Assembly (NCBI GenBank): GCA_964247055.1
Contig: OZ176056.1
Coordinates: 5,394,001 to 5,458,000 of the forward strand
Reading direction: 5' to 3'
DNA length: 64,000 nt
From: Paragordius varius
Lineage: Eukaryota > Animalia > Nematomorpha
Each line of letters opens with the position of its first letter. Position 1 is the first letter of the stretch. Made by a program: the position numbers and the translations under genes. The notes under the pieces were generated by a model that did not search any database, had not been told where the DNA came from, and saw only the letters and a list, made by a program, of their open reading frames with translations. Positions 51,826 through 64,000 of this stretch are shown piece after piece.

Positions 51826-53219
51826 AATAATCCATCAGATTAAAATAATCAAATTAAATTTAATTTTTGAATATAATCGATTAAAAAATTTAAAAATCAT
51901 TTTTCAAACTTGGCCTCATCGGAAATAATATGTTTGGAAAATTATTCTACATAAAATGATAGTTACATTTTCATCTAACAAGCAAATACAATTTGAGATT
52001 TATAATTATCAATCCATTTAAAGAGAATCTTATGTTATTTGTTTTCTAAGCAGTGACTTTTAAGTTCATGTCATCTAAGTTGACTGTAAAATAATTTTTT
52101 GGATTTGGGCACCACTGCCCTTATTTTGGTGTTATGTTACATTTCAGAATAAGACCATAAATATGATAATATAAATAAAAAATTAATTAGACAATGTTAC
52201 TCTAAATTATATTAAACCATTAATATAAGAAATATAACTTTTAGCTATTATACGAAAAAAAAAATATACCAATTGTATTAGTATTATTGTTAGCAGGAAC
52301 ATTGCCCATGTTTTCTTCGGAATCTTCAAATAATATTTAGAGTAAAGTATTTAATATTTTACACTGTTATATGAATAAAACATCATTAGTAAAATGCAAG
52401 GTGTAATATTTATCTGAATATATTGCAAAAAGGTTTGTGCAGTTAAAATATGCCCTTATAGCCTCACACAGTGGCGGAACTATAAATTGTGGGCCCTTCA
52501 AGCTTTAAATACTGGCCAACCTTTGCCCCCAAAAAAATCGTATGAAGTTATCTTTTGACCTGGCGCCTCACTTAGATTCCTAAACATATATTTAAATCCT
52601 ACTATGAAGACTAATTTCCTAATTCATAAATGGGACAGCTTGTTAAGTGAAGCTTTCTTTAATTCGCCATATTCGTTGATATAAACACATTGTCAACATA
52701 TGCGTAGAATACGGGCCTATCTAGGAATAGCAGCGGGGAAACTGCTTAAATATAAATTAATTGCTAAATATTATTTTTTAGAATTCGGATAAATAAATTT
52801 TGACATTTGTTTAGTCAGAATAAATTATTTTTTATGATAATATGGTTTTTTGATATTATAAAAACAGGGCTTCGAACCGGTCTAAAAAAGTGGAATTAGA
52901 ACCGGGCTTTAATTTCAAAATGAATCGCTTCCTAAAACAGCAACAGGTTCCAATACAACTTGATAAATATGAAATAAGATTGATTAAATGGAACATTATG
53001 CGGACCGCCAAGTTTTTAAATTTTAAGGCCCATTATTGCTGATCACTGTTTAAGTGTGTGATGAAAGTTTATCGAAAATTTGTTAACTAAAGATAAATTT
53101 CAAAATAACATGAATCAAAGGTTAAAAACATTAGAAAAATAATGCACATTTGTATACCAGAAAACATATGTTAGCCAATTGACTTAATAATAAAATATGT
53201 GAAATAACAATCATTCTGT

Positions 53220-56055
53220 TAAAATTTAATGAATGTCCTTCAGGATTGCAATACAAAACATTTTTTACAATAAAGTTATTTCTCATACAATGTTGTAAAA
53301 TGAATTGACCCACATTAATGTGGTTGGCCTGCATAAATTGCATATTCCATCCAACGCGCTTTAGGGCGCCCTTTCCCCTCTTGCCTTTCACAATATAATC
53401 ATCAATCTGTTTACCAATGTAAATATTAGCTCTTCTTTTAACATGTCCGAACCATCTAAAACGATTTACCATAAACTTTTGCGTTATTGGTTTGATTTCC
53501 GTACTTCCTCTTATGTAGACATTCTTCACCTTGTCATTCCTCGTTACACCGCACATCAATCTAAGCATTCTCATTTCAGTAACCTCCAAGTTCTCTTCTG
53601 ATTTCTTTATTGCCCATGTCTGTGAGTTGTACATCATTTTTGGCTGTACAACAGCACTGTAAATCTGACCCTTTACTTTTAGGTCAATATTTTTGTCACA
53701 CAAAACATATGAGATCTTTTTATAATTTGCCCAACTATTTCGAATTCTTAAATTAATATCAAGTGTTAAAGAACCATCTGCTGCTAAAATCGCTCCTAAA
53801 TATTTGCATTCCTCCTGTTTAATACCCACCCTTCTTCTAATTCTATTTCTCGTTTTTTCCCGCCAAAATTTATCAGTTCTGTTTTCTTTTTATTAACTTT
53901 TAATCCGCATCGTCGTAACACATCAATCCATTTACCCACCAATTCTTTCAATTCATGCAACTCGTCGGACAGCCTTATTAGGTCGTCTGCATAAAGAAAA
54001 TACAGCCACCATGTTGCCCCACTTCTTTTGAAATTTGGTCTAAGCATATTATAAATAGTAACGGGCTGATTGCAGACACCTGATAGACCCCTTCGTTTAT
54101 TTTAATAGAACCTGATACTCCCTGGTGTGTTTTAATTTTGGTTTGGGAATCGTACATGCATTTTAAAATCTTTTTGTAACTTTCAGGGACGTTTTTCCGT
54201 CTTAAGCTCCACCATATTGTGCTCCGTGGTATTCTGTCAAAAGCCTTTTCAATATCAATACAAATACCATGCAACTCCTTTTTCATTTATATGCTTCTCG
54301 ATTAGCCTTCTTACTGCGATCGGATCAATGGTGGACTTTCCTGAAAAAAAACTAAATTGATTACCCTCTATTATAACCATTTTTCTCATTCTTTTCTCTA
54401 GTACTTTCTCAAATAACTTCATTGTATGCGACATCTCTAATTATTACAATCATTAATATCTCCTTTACCCTTGAAAATGGGAACAGTGAAACTCTTCTTC
54501 CATTCGGTTGGTATCATGCCTGTAGTTACTACATTATTAAAATAATCCGTCAAAAATTCAATACCTTTCTCTGACATTATTTTCCAACAGTTTATGTTAT
54601 TATCGTCCGGACCTGCAGCCTTATTTATTGACATCTCTTTCAAACCAGTCTGGACTTCTTCTTTTGTTATACTTTCAATATGCGCAGATATATAATCTGG
54701 TGTTTCAGGAATTCGTTTCACTGACGCCCAATTCAAGCTCCTGGAAGTATTCTTTCCACCTTTTCAATATTTTCGATTCCTCAATGAGTAATTTGCCGTT
54801 TTTATCTTTAATAGCTGTCCCGTAAGGGGGCAAGTTTAACTTTCTTCTGTGTCTTTGTCGAGCAATTTTAAAAACTTTGTTTAGATCTTGCTTACTGTTT
54901 ACCTCTTTATATAATGATGAAGTCTTATCTTTTTTGACCAATTTTACAAGCCTTTTAAGTTCCTTATTAATCCTTTTACATTTTTCCTTGTCTCCTGCTT
55001 GGTGGGTAAACCTCCACATTTCAAAAGCTTTATTTCAGCCATGTCTCTCTATAAACCTGATTTCTGCCACCTTTCATTCCGCACACCTTAACTCCCGCCT
55101 TCATATTTTTCTTGCCACCTGAGATCAAACACTTTTTAAATCACTGTTCCTGTTTACTATGCCTACCGTTTCTACAAATCTCTCTTTACTGTTTCTTAGG
55201 GATTCCCATTTAATTACTTTCGTCGCTATAAACTTAGGCTTTTCGGCATTTATTGGTATATCTGTCATATATTTACACATAATTAAATTATGTTGTGTGC
55301 TAATCTGCAGGTTAGGCATGACTTCGCAACTTTAAAGACTGTCGTGGCAATAGAATATAATCCATTTGTAACTTCTTATTTCCACTTTCGTAGGTAATTA
55401 AGTGGCTATCCCTTTTAGTGTATTTGCTATAGCAATGTTATAGGATTGGGCAAATTTTATTAAACTAGCCCCTTCTTCATTTGTGACCCCGTAACCTTTT
55501 CCGCCGTGCCAAGGCTCAAACCTCTCCTATTTTGTCCCACGTGCCCATTGAAATCACCACAAAATATGATTTCGTTGTCTTTCGTTAATGAGGTCATTTC
55601 TGCGTCTAACAAATCATAAAATTTATCTTTCTCCGGTTTAGCTAACCCTATCTGGGGGGCCTAAACGCTAAAGATAGTAAAAACCCTCTTATTTAACAAT
55701 AGGTCGACACTTATAATTCTACTGTCAGCACCTCTAACCTCAATTACTTGATTGGCAAATCATGAACACACCATTATGGCGACCCTACTGTAACCATCCG
55801 TAGAACCTGAATAAAACATTTTATAATTATCCTCTAATGTCTTAGTACCATTTCCACGGTATCTGGTCTCTTGAATACCCAAAAAATTTACTTTTTTTAC
55901 CCTCATAATTTAACTAAATCATATTACTTACTCTTTAACGAACCAACATTTATACTGGCAAAACACACTCTACAACATTCCTTATCCCTATTGACCCCTA
56001 CCTCCGTGCAATGGCTGGATCTGGCCTGCACGCCTTACAAAAAACACCCATAAAA
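53220..56055 (-). mobile_element. RTE-clade retrotransposon pseudogene, copy 3
   Basis: Same motifs, including EGVYQVSAISPLLF (degenerate GV.QGS.LSPLLF) and LYADDL. Confidence 0.93.
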
Positions 56056-58172
56056 AACAATACAATAGGGAAGAATAATAATAGATAAAAATAAAAACTA
56101 AAATATATAGGAACTAATATGTAAATGCAACCAAAAAAGAATCAAAAAATTTGAACCAAAAAATAAAAAAAATACATAAATAAATTATATCAATAAATAA
56201 AAATGAAATTAAATACGCATCTTTACAACTGAGGAATTAGAATTATGATTTGGAATTTGTAATAATAAAACAAAAAATAGAAAAATTATAAGAAAAATAT
56301 TATAAAGGTAATTACGCGCCATTTTTGAATGAATGTCTCAGTAATATATAAAATTATCCATCAGATCGATATAATTAAAAATATTATATATAATTTAGTA
56401 TTTTAAAGATAATTAGACTTTAATCAAAATTTAATTATTTGGAGTGAAAAAAGTCATTTATCAAATTTCTATGCATTGGAGTCTAAATATATATTTGCAA
56501 AATTTATTAACAGGTTAGATAAACATTTGGCCTGACAACCAACTTTACAATTGGCGGTAATTAAAATTAATTAGTCATTGTTACTCTAAATTATAATAAA
56601 CCATTGATATAAAAATTATAACTTTATGCTATTATATAAAAAAAATATACCAATTGGATTAGTGTCATTGTTAGCAGGCGCAACCTTAGATGGACTCGCA
56701 ATGTTTCCTTTGGAATCTTAAATATTAGTTAGAGTGAAATAATTAATAATTTACATCGTTATATTAATAGAACATTATTAATAAAATGCGAGGTCTATTG
56801 AAGAATATATTGCAAAAAAGGGTTTTGCAGTCAAAAATTATACCCTTATAGCCTCATAATCAAACGCTATTTTCTTGTTTTATAATTCACAAAAGCGTTT
56901 TTATAATTGAGAAAATATTCTTGATTGGGTAAATTATAAATTAATCGGAATATCAATCAAACTTTTTCAAATGTTCGGGAAAACGTTTTGATTGACTGGG
57001 AAAACGTTTAGTTCGGTTAGAAAATTTCGATTCATATGATTATTAAACAAAATATATGAATAACAGTATGATTACACATTTATTTTATGAACTAGATTTT
57101 ATCACTATATTTGGGAGTCGACTAATCTAAACTTTGTTTTAGATATCAAAACAGGAGATTAATTACTTTACGGTGTAATTTATTTTGGGTTTAGAGCATT
57201 TTTATTATGCACCTACTAAATTAATATACAATGGTGTTAGTTCTTGCCAAAATTCCGAAATATCAAATTGTTTTAGAGAAGCAATATTATTTTAATGTTA
57301 AAGCTAAAAAATGGTAAGGAAACCGATGGATAATGGGCCGTGTTTTTAACACCCTCTGTAATGTACTACCTTAATTGTGAAATTTCGAAATAGGAAAATT
57401 GTTTTAGGGCAGCAATATTATTTAATGTCAAAGCTATAGAAATGGTTAGGAAACCGATGGATAATATGCCGTGTTTTTAACACTCTGTGTAATGTACTAC
57501 CTTATTTGTTTTATTTGGCATTCTCACATGATTAGGAATTATAAAGTATATAATTTATGCAAAATAGGAGATAAAAGTAGAGGAATATCAACCAAAAATC
57601 CTTACAATTTCCTGTAACAAGTCTGTTTTATGACAAATTAATATATTTGTATTGGAATTCGTACGGATTGTTGGTTGATACAATCCTATTTTGCATGAAT
57701 CCCTCATTTAAGAATCCGAATAAACACTCAAAATTTTTATACACTCATGAACCAGATGACAAAAAAAGCAAAAATAAAAAACAATATTTTTGGTTTTATT
57801 TTGATATAGAAGTTTATTTTTTTGAATAAAACGTGAATGTTAAGATTTTAATATTGAGTTAAAAAATATTAAAAAAATTATTTTAATATAGTTTCATTAA
57901 ATTTTCAGTATTTTAGGTGGAAAAAAACGCCATCTTTTTACCTGAAATTTTATAGAAACCTTAACTATATGATTTTAGCCTATTTGTAAATTGAAATTAT
58001 CTCTTAAAATGATAATAAACGATATTATTTCAGATCATTATTTTTTGAAACCGAATTCGATTTACTCTCAATCTAGTTTGACAACAAATAAAAAATTTTG
58101 CGGCAAATAAATACGATGGTCAAAGCTATCTTATGAAAAAAAATTTTTTCGTTAAAAATTTTTTTGCACACA

Positions 58173-58232
<60 letters not shown>

Positions 58233-58732
58233 GTCTTTAATTGCAATTTATTGATTTCTTAATCAGAAACCAACAAATAAAGTGGTAATGAGCGATAAAC
58301 TAAAAAATTATAACTTCTATGATAAATTTTTTGATAAAAAGTTAGTAGATATTTGGACTGCAAATACTAGGTAAATGCTATTATCAAATGATATTAAATT
58401 AATGCGAAATCATTAAAAAATTTATGAATGCAAAGATATGTAAAATATAAAATGTCTATGAATGTCTTTATACCCATTCCACTTCCTAATGCTGGAGTTG
58501 TTACTTCAGGCACTGTTTTTATAAAAATATTTTGGAAATTAATTATAAAATCTACAAATTTGAATTTTGATTAAATTTAACATAAATTAATAAAAATTTG
58601 TCATTTTAAACAATAAAATATCATATTACAATTCTTAGATTAATAATATACAGAACAAATGGAACAATATTAGGTATATATTAGCCATTTAATTTAGAAA
58701 CGAGATGTTTTAAGAGTATTTTATTACATAAA

Positions 58733-58764
<32 letters not shown>

Positions 58765-58955
58765 AAAATCTTTATATATGCATTTTTAAGCGACCTATCT
58801 TGATTTATTAAAATATCAGGAATAATATCAATTATGTAAGATTGTGGTTATACAACCTTTTTTTGCGAATGGTGTTATAAAAATGTATATGACGTTAAAC
58901 CATTTAAATTTGTTTATATTATATTTTTATAAATATTTTTCTTTAATTTAATATG

Positions 58956-59006
<51 letters not shown>

Positions 59007-60358
59007 CATACATACAAATATTGGTTTAATCATTTGTATATTTTCACTTTTGTCTCAATAATTTCAATATGATCACTACAACATTTTGATAATGTTTTTC
59101 ACATTTTTTATACCTTATGTTTAACGTGGAGAGGGGCCGAAAAATGTCGCAAAATGTTGATCGTTAAGAAATAAGATATATAGATCAACTATGACGCTAA
59201 AAATATAAATTTTTTAGGCATTCAATAGACGAATTACCATGGAAATGGTACCAAAACCTTATAGGGTAGATTTCCAATCAGTTTTTAGGATGTATTTACA
59301 TTAGCGTGATGATATAGGAGGTAGGGCGACTGACTCATACACTGTGTGCCAGAGTTATCACCCCTAAACTACGCATTTCCATCATCACTGTCAGCCCTTT
59401 GTAAACGAGTGTTAATACAATTTAAATCCTTACCCTTTATAAAAAGGGAAAAAAGAGATTCTAAACAGTATATTTTTTTATATTTTATATATATTATGTG
59501 ATTCCCAAATTTTTCGGTTTAAGTGCTGCTGTTACACATTGCATGTTTCTCAAATAAGTTTCAATTGATACTACATTAAATTATATCACGGTACGCAACA
59601 AAAAATAAATGTTAATGATGTATTCGATATCTAAAAGCCTCAGGATAATAATATTATATATGGGGTAAAATACTAAAATAAAGTCAAATTTTTTCTCTTT
59701 TTAGCCATAATTAAAAAATGGCATTTTTATTGCCTTAACGTCTAGTATAATTTAATACAATAGATGAAAACACCAAAAATTAATTCTAATATAAAATTTT
59801 AAACGAAAATTATCATAAAGATTTTACATTTTTTTCGGAGTGCCTCAGAAAATCTTATAAGAATATGAGCTAAAAATCGCGATTTGGCGTCATACTGGCA
59901 TTAAACTTGTTAATATGCGGTAAAAGATTTTGATATTTATTAAAACAATCTTATAGTTATATATAAAGTTTAACCAAATATAGCCTTTAAAAAAGTTTAA
60001 ACCTTATATAAAAAAGATATTTTTTGAACGTGTCAATGTGCAATTTTTTAGCTATTTATAAATCTTTAAGGTCCTCCGATAAAATTAGAAATTTTATTGA
60101 TAATATTTTGCGTTTAAAAATATCCTTATATATTAAAAATATATAATTTAGTTGATGGGCTTTCATCTATAAAATTTAATTTTATTTGACAGGTTCATAA
60201 AGCCTAATACTTATTAAATAACGTTTTTAAGTATTTATTTACATTCAGTAATTTATTTATTACACCGAAACTTTTAGCTATCGAATGGTATATGATTCAT
60301 TATCCTTTATTTTTGGACCCTTTTTTGCCGCATACTATATTTAAATAAATTAAATCAC

Positions 60359-60592
60359 CTGTAATATTAGCTTCACCGTAATACACAGTATTACCAAATT
60401 CTGAAGAGACAATTATGGTTACATTGATGAGTCCAATCATATCGGTTATTATAGTAACACTAGTCGCATTCAGATTGGTATACAAAATTTTTCCTTCCCT
60501 GCTTACATTATACAATGATATCCCATCATTCGATTCCCAATCCATTTTGATAGAGGAGTCATTATTTATGGTCCAGTTTATTGGGAAATTTA
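60359..60592 (-). CDS. FN3-like exon #1, unit 3
   Basis: 234 nt, AG/GT boundaries, open frame. Confidence 0.7.
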
Positions 60593-61369
60593 CTGAAATA
60601 TATAAATTATAAAATTTAGTAATACTAGACATATTTATACATTGTTTGTTGTGTTTATAAATTTCGCTGCAAAAGTTTATTTTGTTATTTAGTATACATA
60701 AAATATAAGTTTTAAAAAGATTGTTTATTACAATATTCGATTCTATATACAATCATAAGAGCAATTATTCGCTCTCTCAGTTATTTAATGGGTGAGTGTG
60801 TAAGATATAGGTTTGTTGGTATGCTTATTTTGAGTTAAATATTTTGCAATTGGGGTTAGAGAAAAAGTTACTGTTTTCAACGAAGTATCATGTTAGTATA
60901 TTATACAAACATGATAAAACTTAATATACATCGATCATGTAAATGAAAACCCCCTCTAATTCAAATAACTGAAATGACCATTAATAGTTCTCTCTACTGC
61001 ATATTAAAATCCTCATAAAAACTATTTTACTTTTAACCAATTTTAGAGTAATTTAATCTGATATCGTTAATAGTAAAGCCCAAAAATACTTTTAAGTTTA
61101 GAAATAAGAGATGTATTAAGACCATTTTACATAAAATAATAATATATATAAAATTTAGAATCTATATCTATGCATTTTAAAGCAACCTATCTTGATTTAT
61201 TAAAATATAAAATAAATATATCAGTAATAAAATCAATTATAGTGTTGAAAATTGTGCTTGCACAGCCTCTTTATTTGCAAATGCTGTTGTAAAAAAATAT
61301 ATGAGGCTACACCATTATTATATTTGTTAATATTATTAAGTATTTTTCTTTTAATTTAATTTGAATCAC

Positions 61370-61597
61370 CTGTGATAACTTTACCGATATAGGTAAATCT
61401 ATCATATTGTGAAGAGACAATTATAGTTGTATTTTTGGCACACATATCGGTCCTTATAGTAGCACTAGTCGCATTCAGATTGGTATACAAATTTTTTCCT
61501 TCGCATCTTACATTATACAATGATATCCCATCAATCGAATCCCAATCCAATTTGATAGAGGAGTCATTATTTATGGTCCAGTTTATTGGGAAAGTTA
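61370..61597 (-). CDS. FN3-like exon #2, unit 3
   Basis: 228 nt; differs from the unit 2 copy by S>R and L>I. Confidence 0.7.
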
Positions 61598-61744
61598 CTG
61601 AAATATATAACAAAATCAATATTGTATATTATTATTCTTTGATGCAAAGTCACCCCAGAATTTTAAATCGTAATATGAAATCTGTGATTTTACTATTAAA
61701 AATTGAAAACAAAAATTAAATATTTAACTTATATTTGATTTTTA

Positions 61745-61797
<53 letters not shown>

Positions 61798-64000
61798 TAA
61801 TTTAATTTAGCTTCCTAATATTTTCTAGAAAAGGTATAAAAATATTAATATAGTTTAATAAATACAATTATAAAATTAATATGCTTTGTAAGTTAATAAA
61901 AAATATAATAGATGTAGATAACACAATAGCTAAAATTGGGCATGTTGATTAATATTATTTTTTGAGAAATTTGAAAATAATAACATTACTTTCACTAAGT
62001 TCTAAATTAGATAAATAATATTTACATAAAAATTTTGAAATAAATGCAAAAAACTCTAAAATATACATATAAATATATATGTATATTTCCTGAACAAAAT
62101 GAAATAGTGAGATAAAATTAATGTTATAAATTTATAAATCAAACTATTTCCAAATTTAATCATAGATAAATTACAATAATAAAATTGGTGTTAATGCAAA
62201 AATGGTGCTTGAAATTTAATTTTTTAGAAGATAAATATACATATTAAATAAACATTACTAGTTATTATTTACAAATACCGTTAAAAACAAAACATATATT
62301 CTCTTGAAATGAACATACCATTAGCATCATCATCATTTTCTAAAAAGACAAAAAATATTTATCAACAATCAATATAAGTAACTCATTCAAAAAATCAACA
62401 ATTGATGTCAATACTTAGGAAAATTATCCTGAACAAAATAAAATAGCGCTCTTTTAAATGAACTCCAAATTAATTACAATAATAAAATTGGTGTTAATGC
62501 AAAAATATGTTTGAAATTTAATAAGATATTAGTTATTAAATGACAGATAGCATATACAAATCTATACAAATGACGTTTAAATATGAGCAATATTTAATAC
62601 TTGAGAAATATTAATTTCCAAAAAATTGGTTTTGTTCAAAAAATGCAATTTTACTAATTTTCGTATCGTTGGATATATATATAAATTATCTTTCAGAAAA
62701 AAAATTTGTGGATGAAAATAAACATATAAAAGTGATTTTAAGCATTCATATAATTTTTAGTTTCCAGTTTAAGTTTCATCAAGGTAGCGCTTACTTTATT
62801 CAAATTATTTTAATAGCCCAGACTATAATTGATATTTCAAAAGAACTACTGAATGAAATTGCCCTAATTTAAATTTATGCTTCAATATGAATTATAAAAA
62901 TAGGCCGAATTTTTTAAAATTTTGTTTTGAAAAAATCTATATTAAACTATTTTGACACCATTTTTATTTTACCAAATTGCAAAATATCGTATTTATTTAA
63001 TTTTTAATCTAATTTAAGTAATTTTTTGATTTATAACACAAACATTGTCAGAAAAAATAGCTAATTACATTATTGTTATATTTAGCTAATAAACACATGT
63101 CATGTTTTATTTAGACCTACATGAGTGGACTTATCAAGTATATAATTTATGATAAATAAATTCTTAAAGTAATGGAATATCAACGACCAATCCGTACAAA
63201 TCCCTGTAACATGTTTCTACACAAATTAATATTTTTACTGGGATGTGTACGAATATTTGGTTGATTTTCCACTATCCTATATTGCATAAATTTTATACTT
63301 TGATCTCCCACTTATGTAAGATCTCAAAATAAAACAGAAATTTTTTATACGCTCGCTGAATATCCTTAATTTTTACTTTTTGCCCTATTTCTATTATTTC
63401 ATTTAGGTCGCAAACAAATAATAGTTTTTACGGCAAATGAATAAGCTGTCATAATCTATAACAAAAAAAAATTTTTTTGTTAACAATTACAAAGATATCT
63501 AAAATATAAAATGTCTATAATTGTCATTATACCCATTCCATTTCCTGCTGGAGTTGTTACTTTGGATGGCACTGTTTTTATAAAAATGTATTTGTGAATT
63601 TATTATAAAATATATAAACTTCGCATAAATTTTTAAGAATTTGTTATTAATCATAACATACCATATTACAATTTTTAAATTCATAATATACTAGAACTAA
63701 AAATGGAGAATGTTGTGTGTATAGTTTTAAGTTTAGAAACAAGAGAAGTATTAAGACCATTTTACATAAAATAAAAATATTTATAAAATTTAGAATCTAT
63801 TATGCATTATAAAGCAACCTATCTTGATATATTAAAATATAAATAAATTATCAGTAAAATCAATTATAGTGTTGAAAATTGTGTTTATCATTTTTATATT
63901 TGTTTTTTATCATTTTATGAGTATTTTTCCTTTTAATTTAATTTAAATAAAAAAATCACCTGTGATTTCAACTTCACCGCGATACAGAATTTCAGATTGT

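Larger units (their letters stand above)
44323..64000. repeat. Super-unit 3 (truncated by window); module order as in unit 1, FN3 block as in unit 2
   Basis: 44323 onward matches position 1 onward (offset ~44322). 61.1-64 kb matches 37.9-40.8 kb rather than 16-19 kb. Confidence 0.95.

Noticed and set aside
1-64000. Alternative genetic code (TAA/TAG = Gln) to explain stops in module frames
   Set aside because: The Gln codons I checked in the RTE frames are CAA/CAG. The conserved stops mostly fall in predicted introns, and TGA stops occur in the same frames.
1-64000. CRISPR arrays, tRNA, rRNA or prokaryotic operons
   Set aside because: No fixed-length repeat-spacer periodicity or recognisable structural RNA was seen; the content is eukaryotic.

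Overview
Very AT-rich eukaryotic DNA (about 20-25% GC by eye; organism not identifiable from this window). It is a nested tandem array of three ~22-23 kb super-units: approx. 1-22627, 22628-44322 and 44323-64000 (truncated). Each super-unit has four parts. (i) 5-6 diverged ~1.2-2.3 kb modules (types I label W, X, Y, Z, R). (ii) Two copies of a ~600-bp MITE-like insert. (iii) One nearly full-length but dead RTE-clade non-LTR retrotransposon on the minus strand. (iv) A 6.5-7 kb block bracketed by ~150-190-bp inverted repeats that carries FN3-like exons. The main signal is absent from the ORF track: the modules and the block contain many short minus-strand AG..GT-bounded segments that stay in frame across diverged paralogs, with lengths always multiples of 3 (39-66 nt linker exons, 228-237 nt FN3-like exons, all phase 1-1). 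This suggests a micro-exon gene family or exon-cassette array for a secreted or surface glycoprotein that is being shuffled by recombination and gene conversion. Some copies are clearly damaged, and no transcript evidence is available here. One internally deleted hAT element with an 8-bp TSD is present in unit 3 only. Coordinates were counted by hand. Exon and hAT limits should be exact or within a few bases; repeat and RTE limits are approximate.
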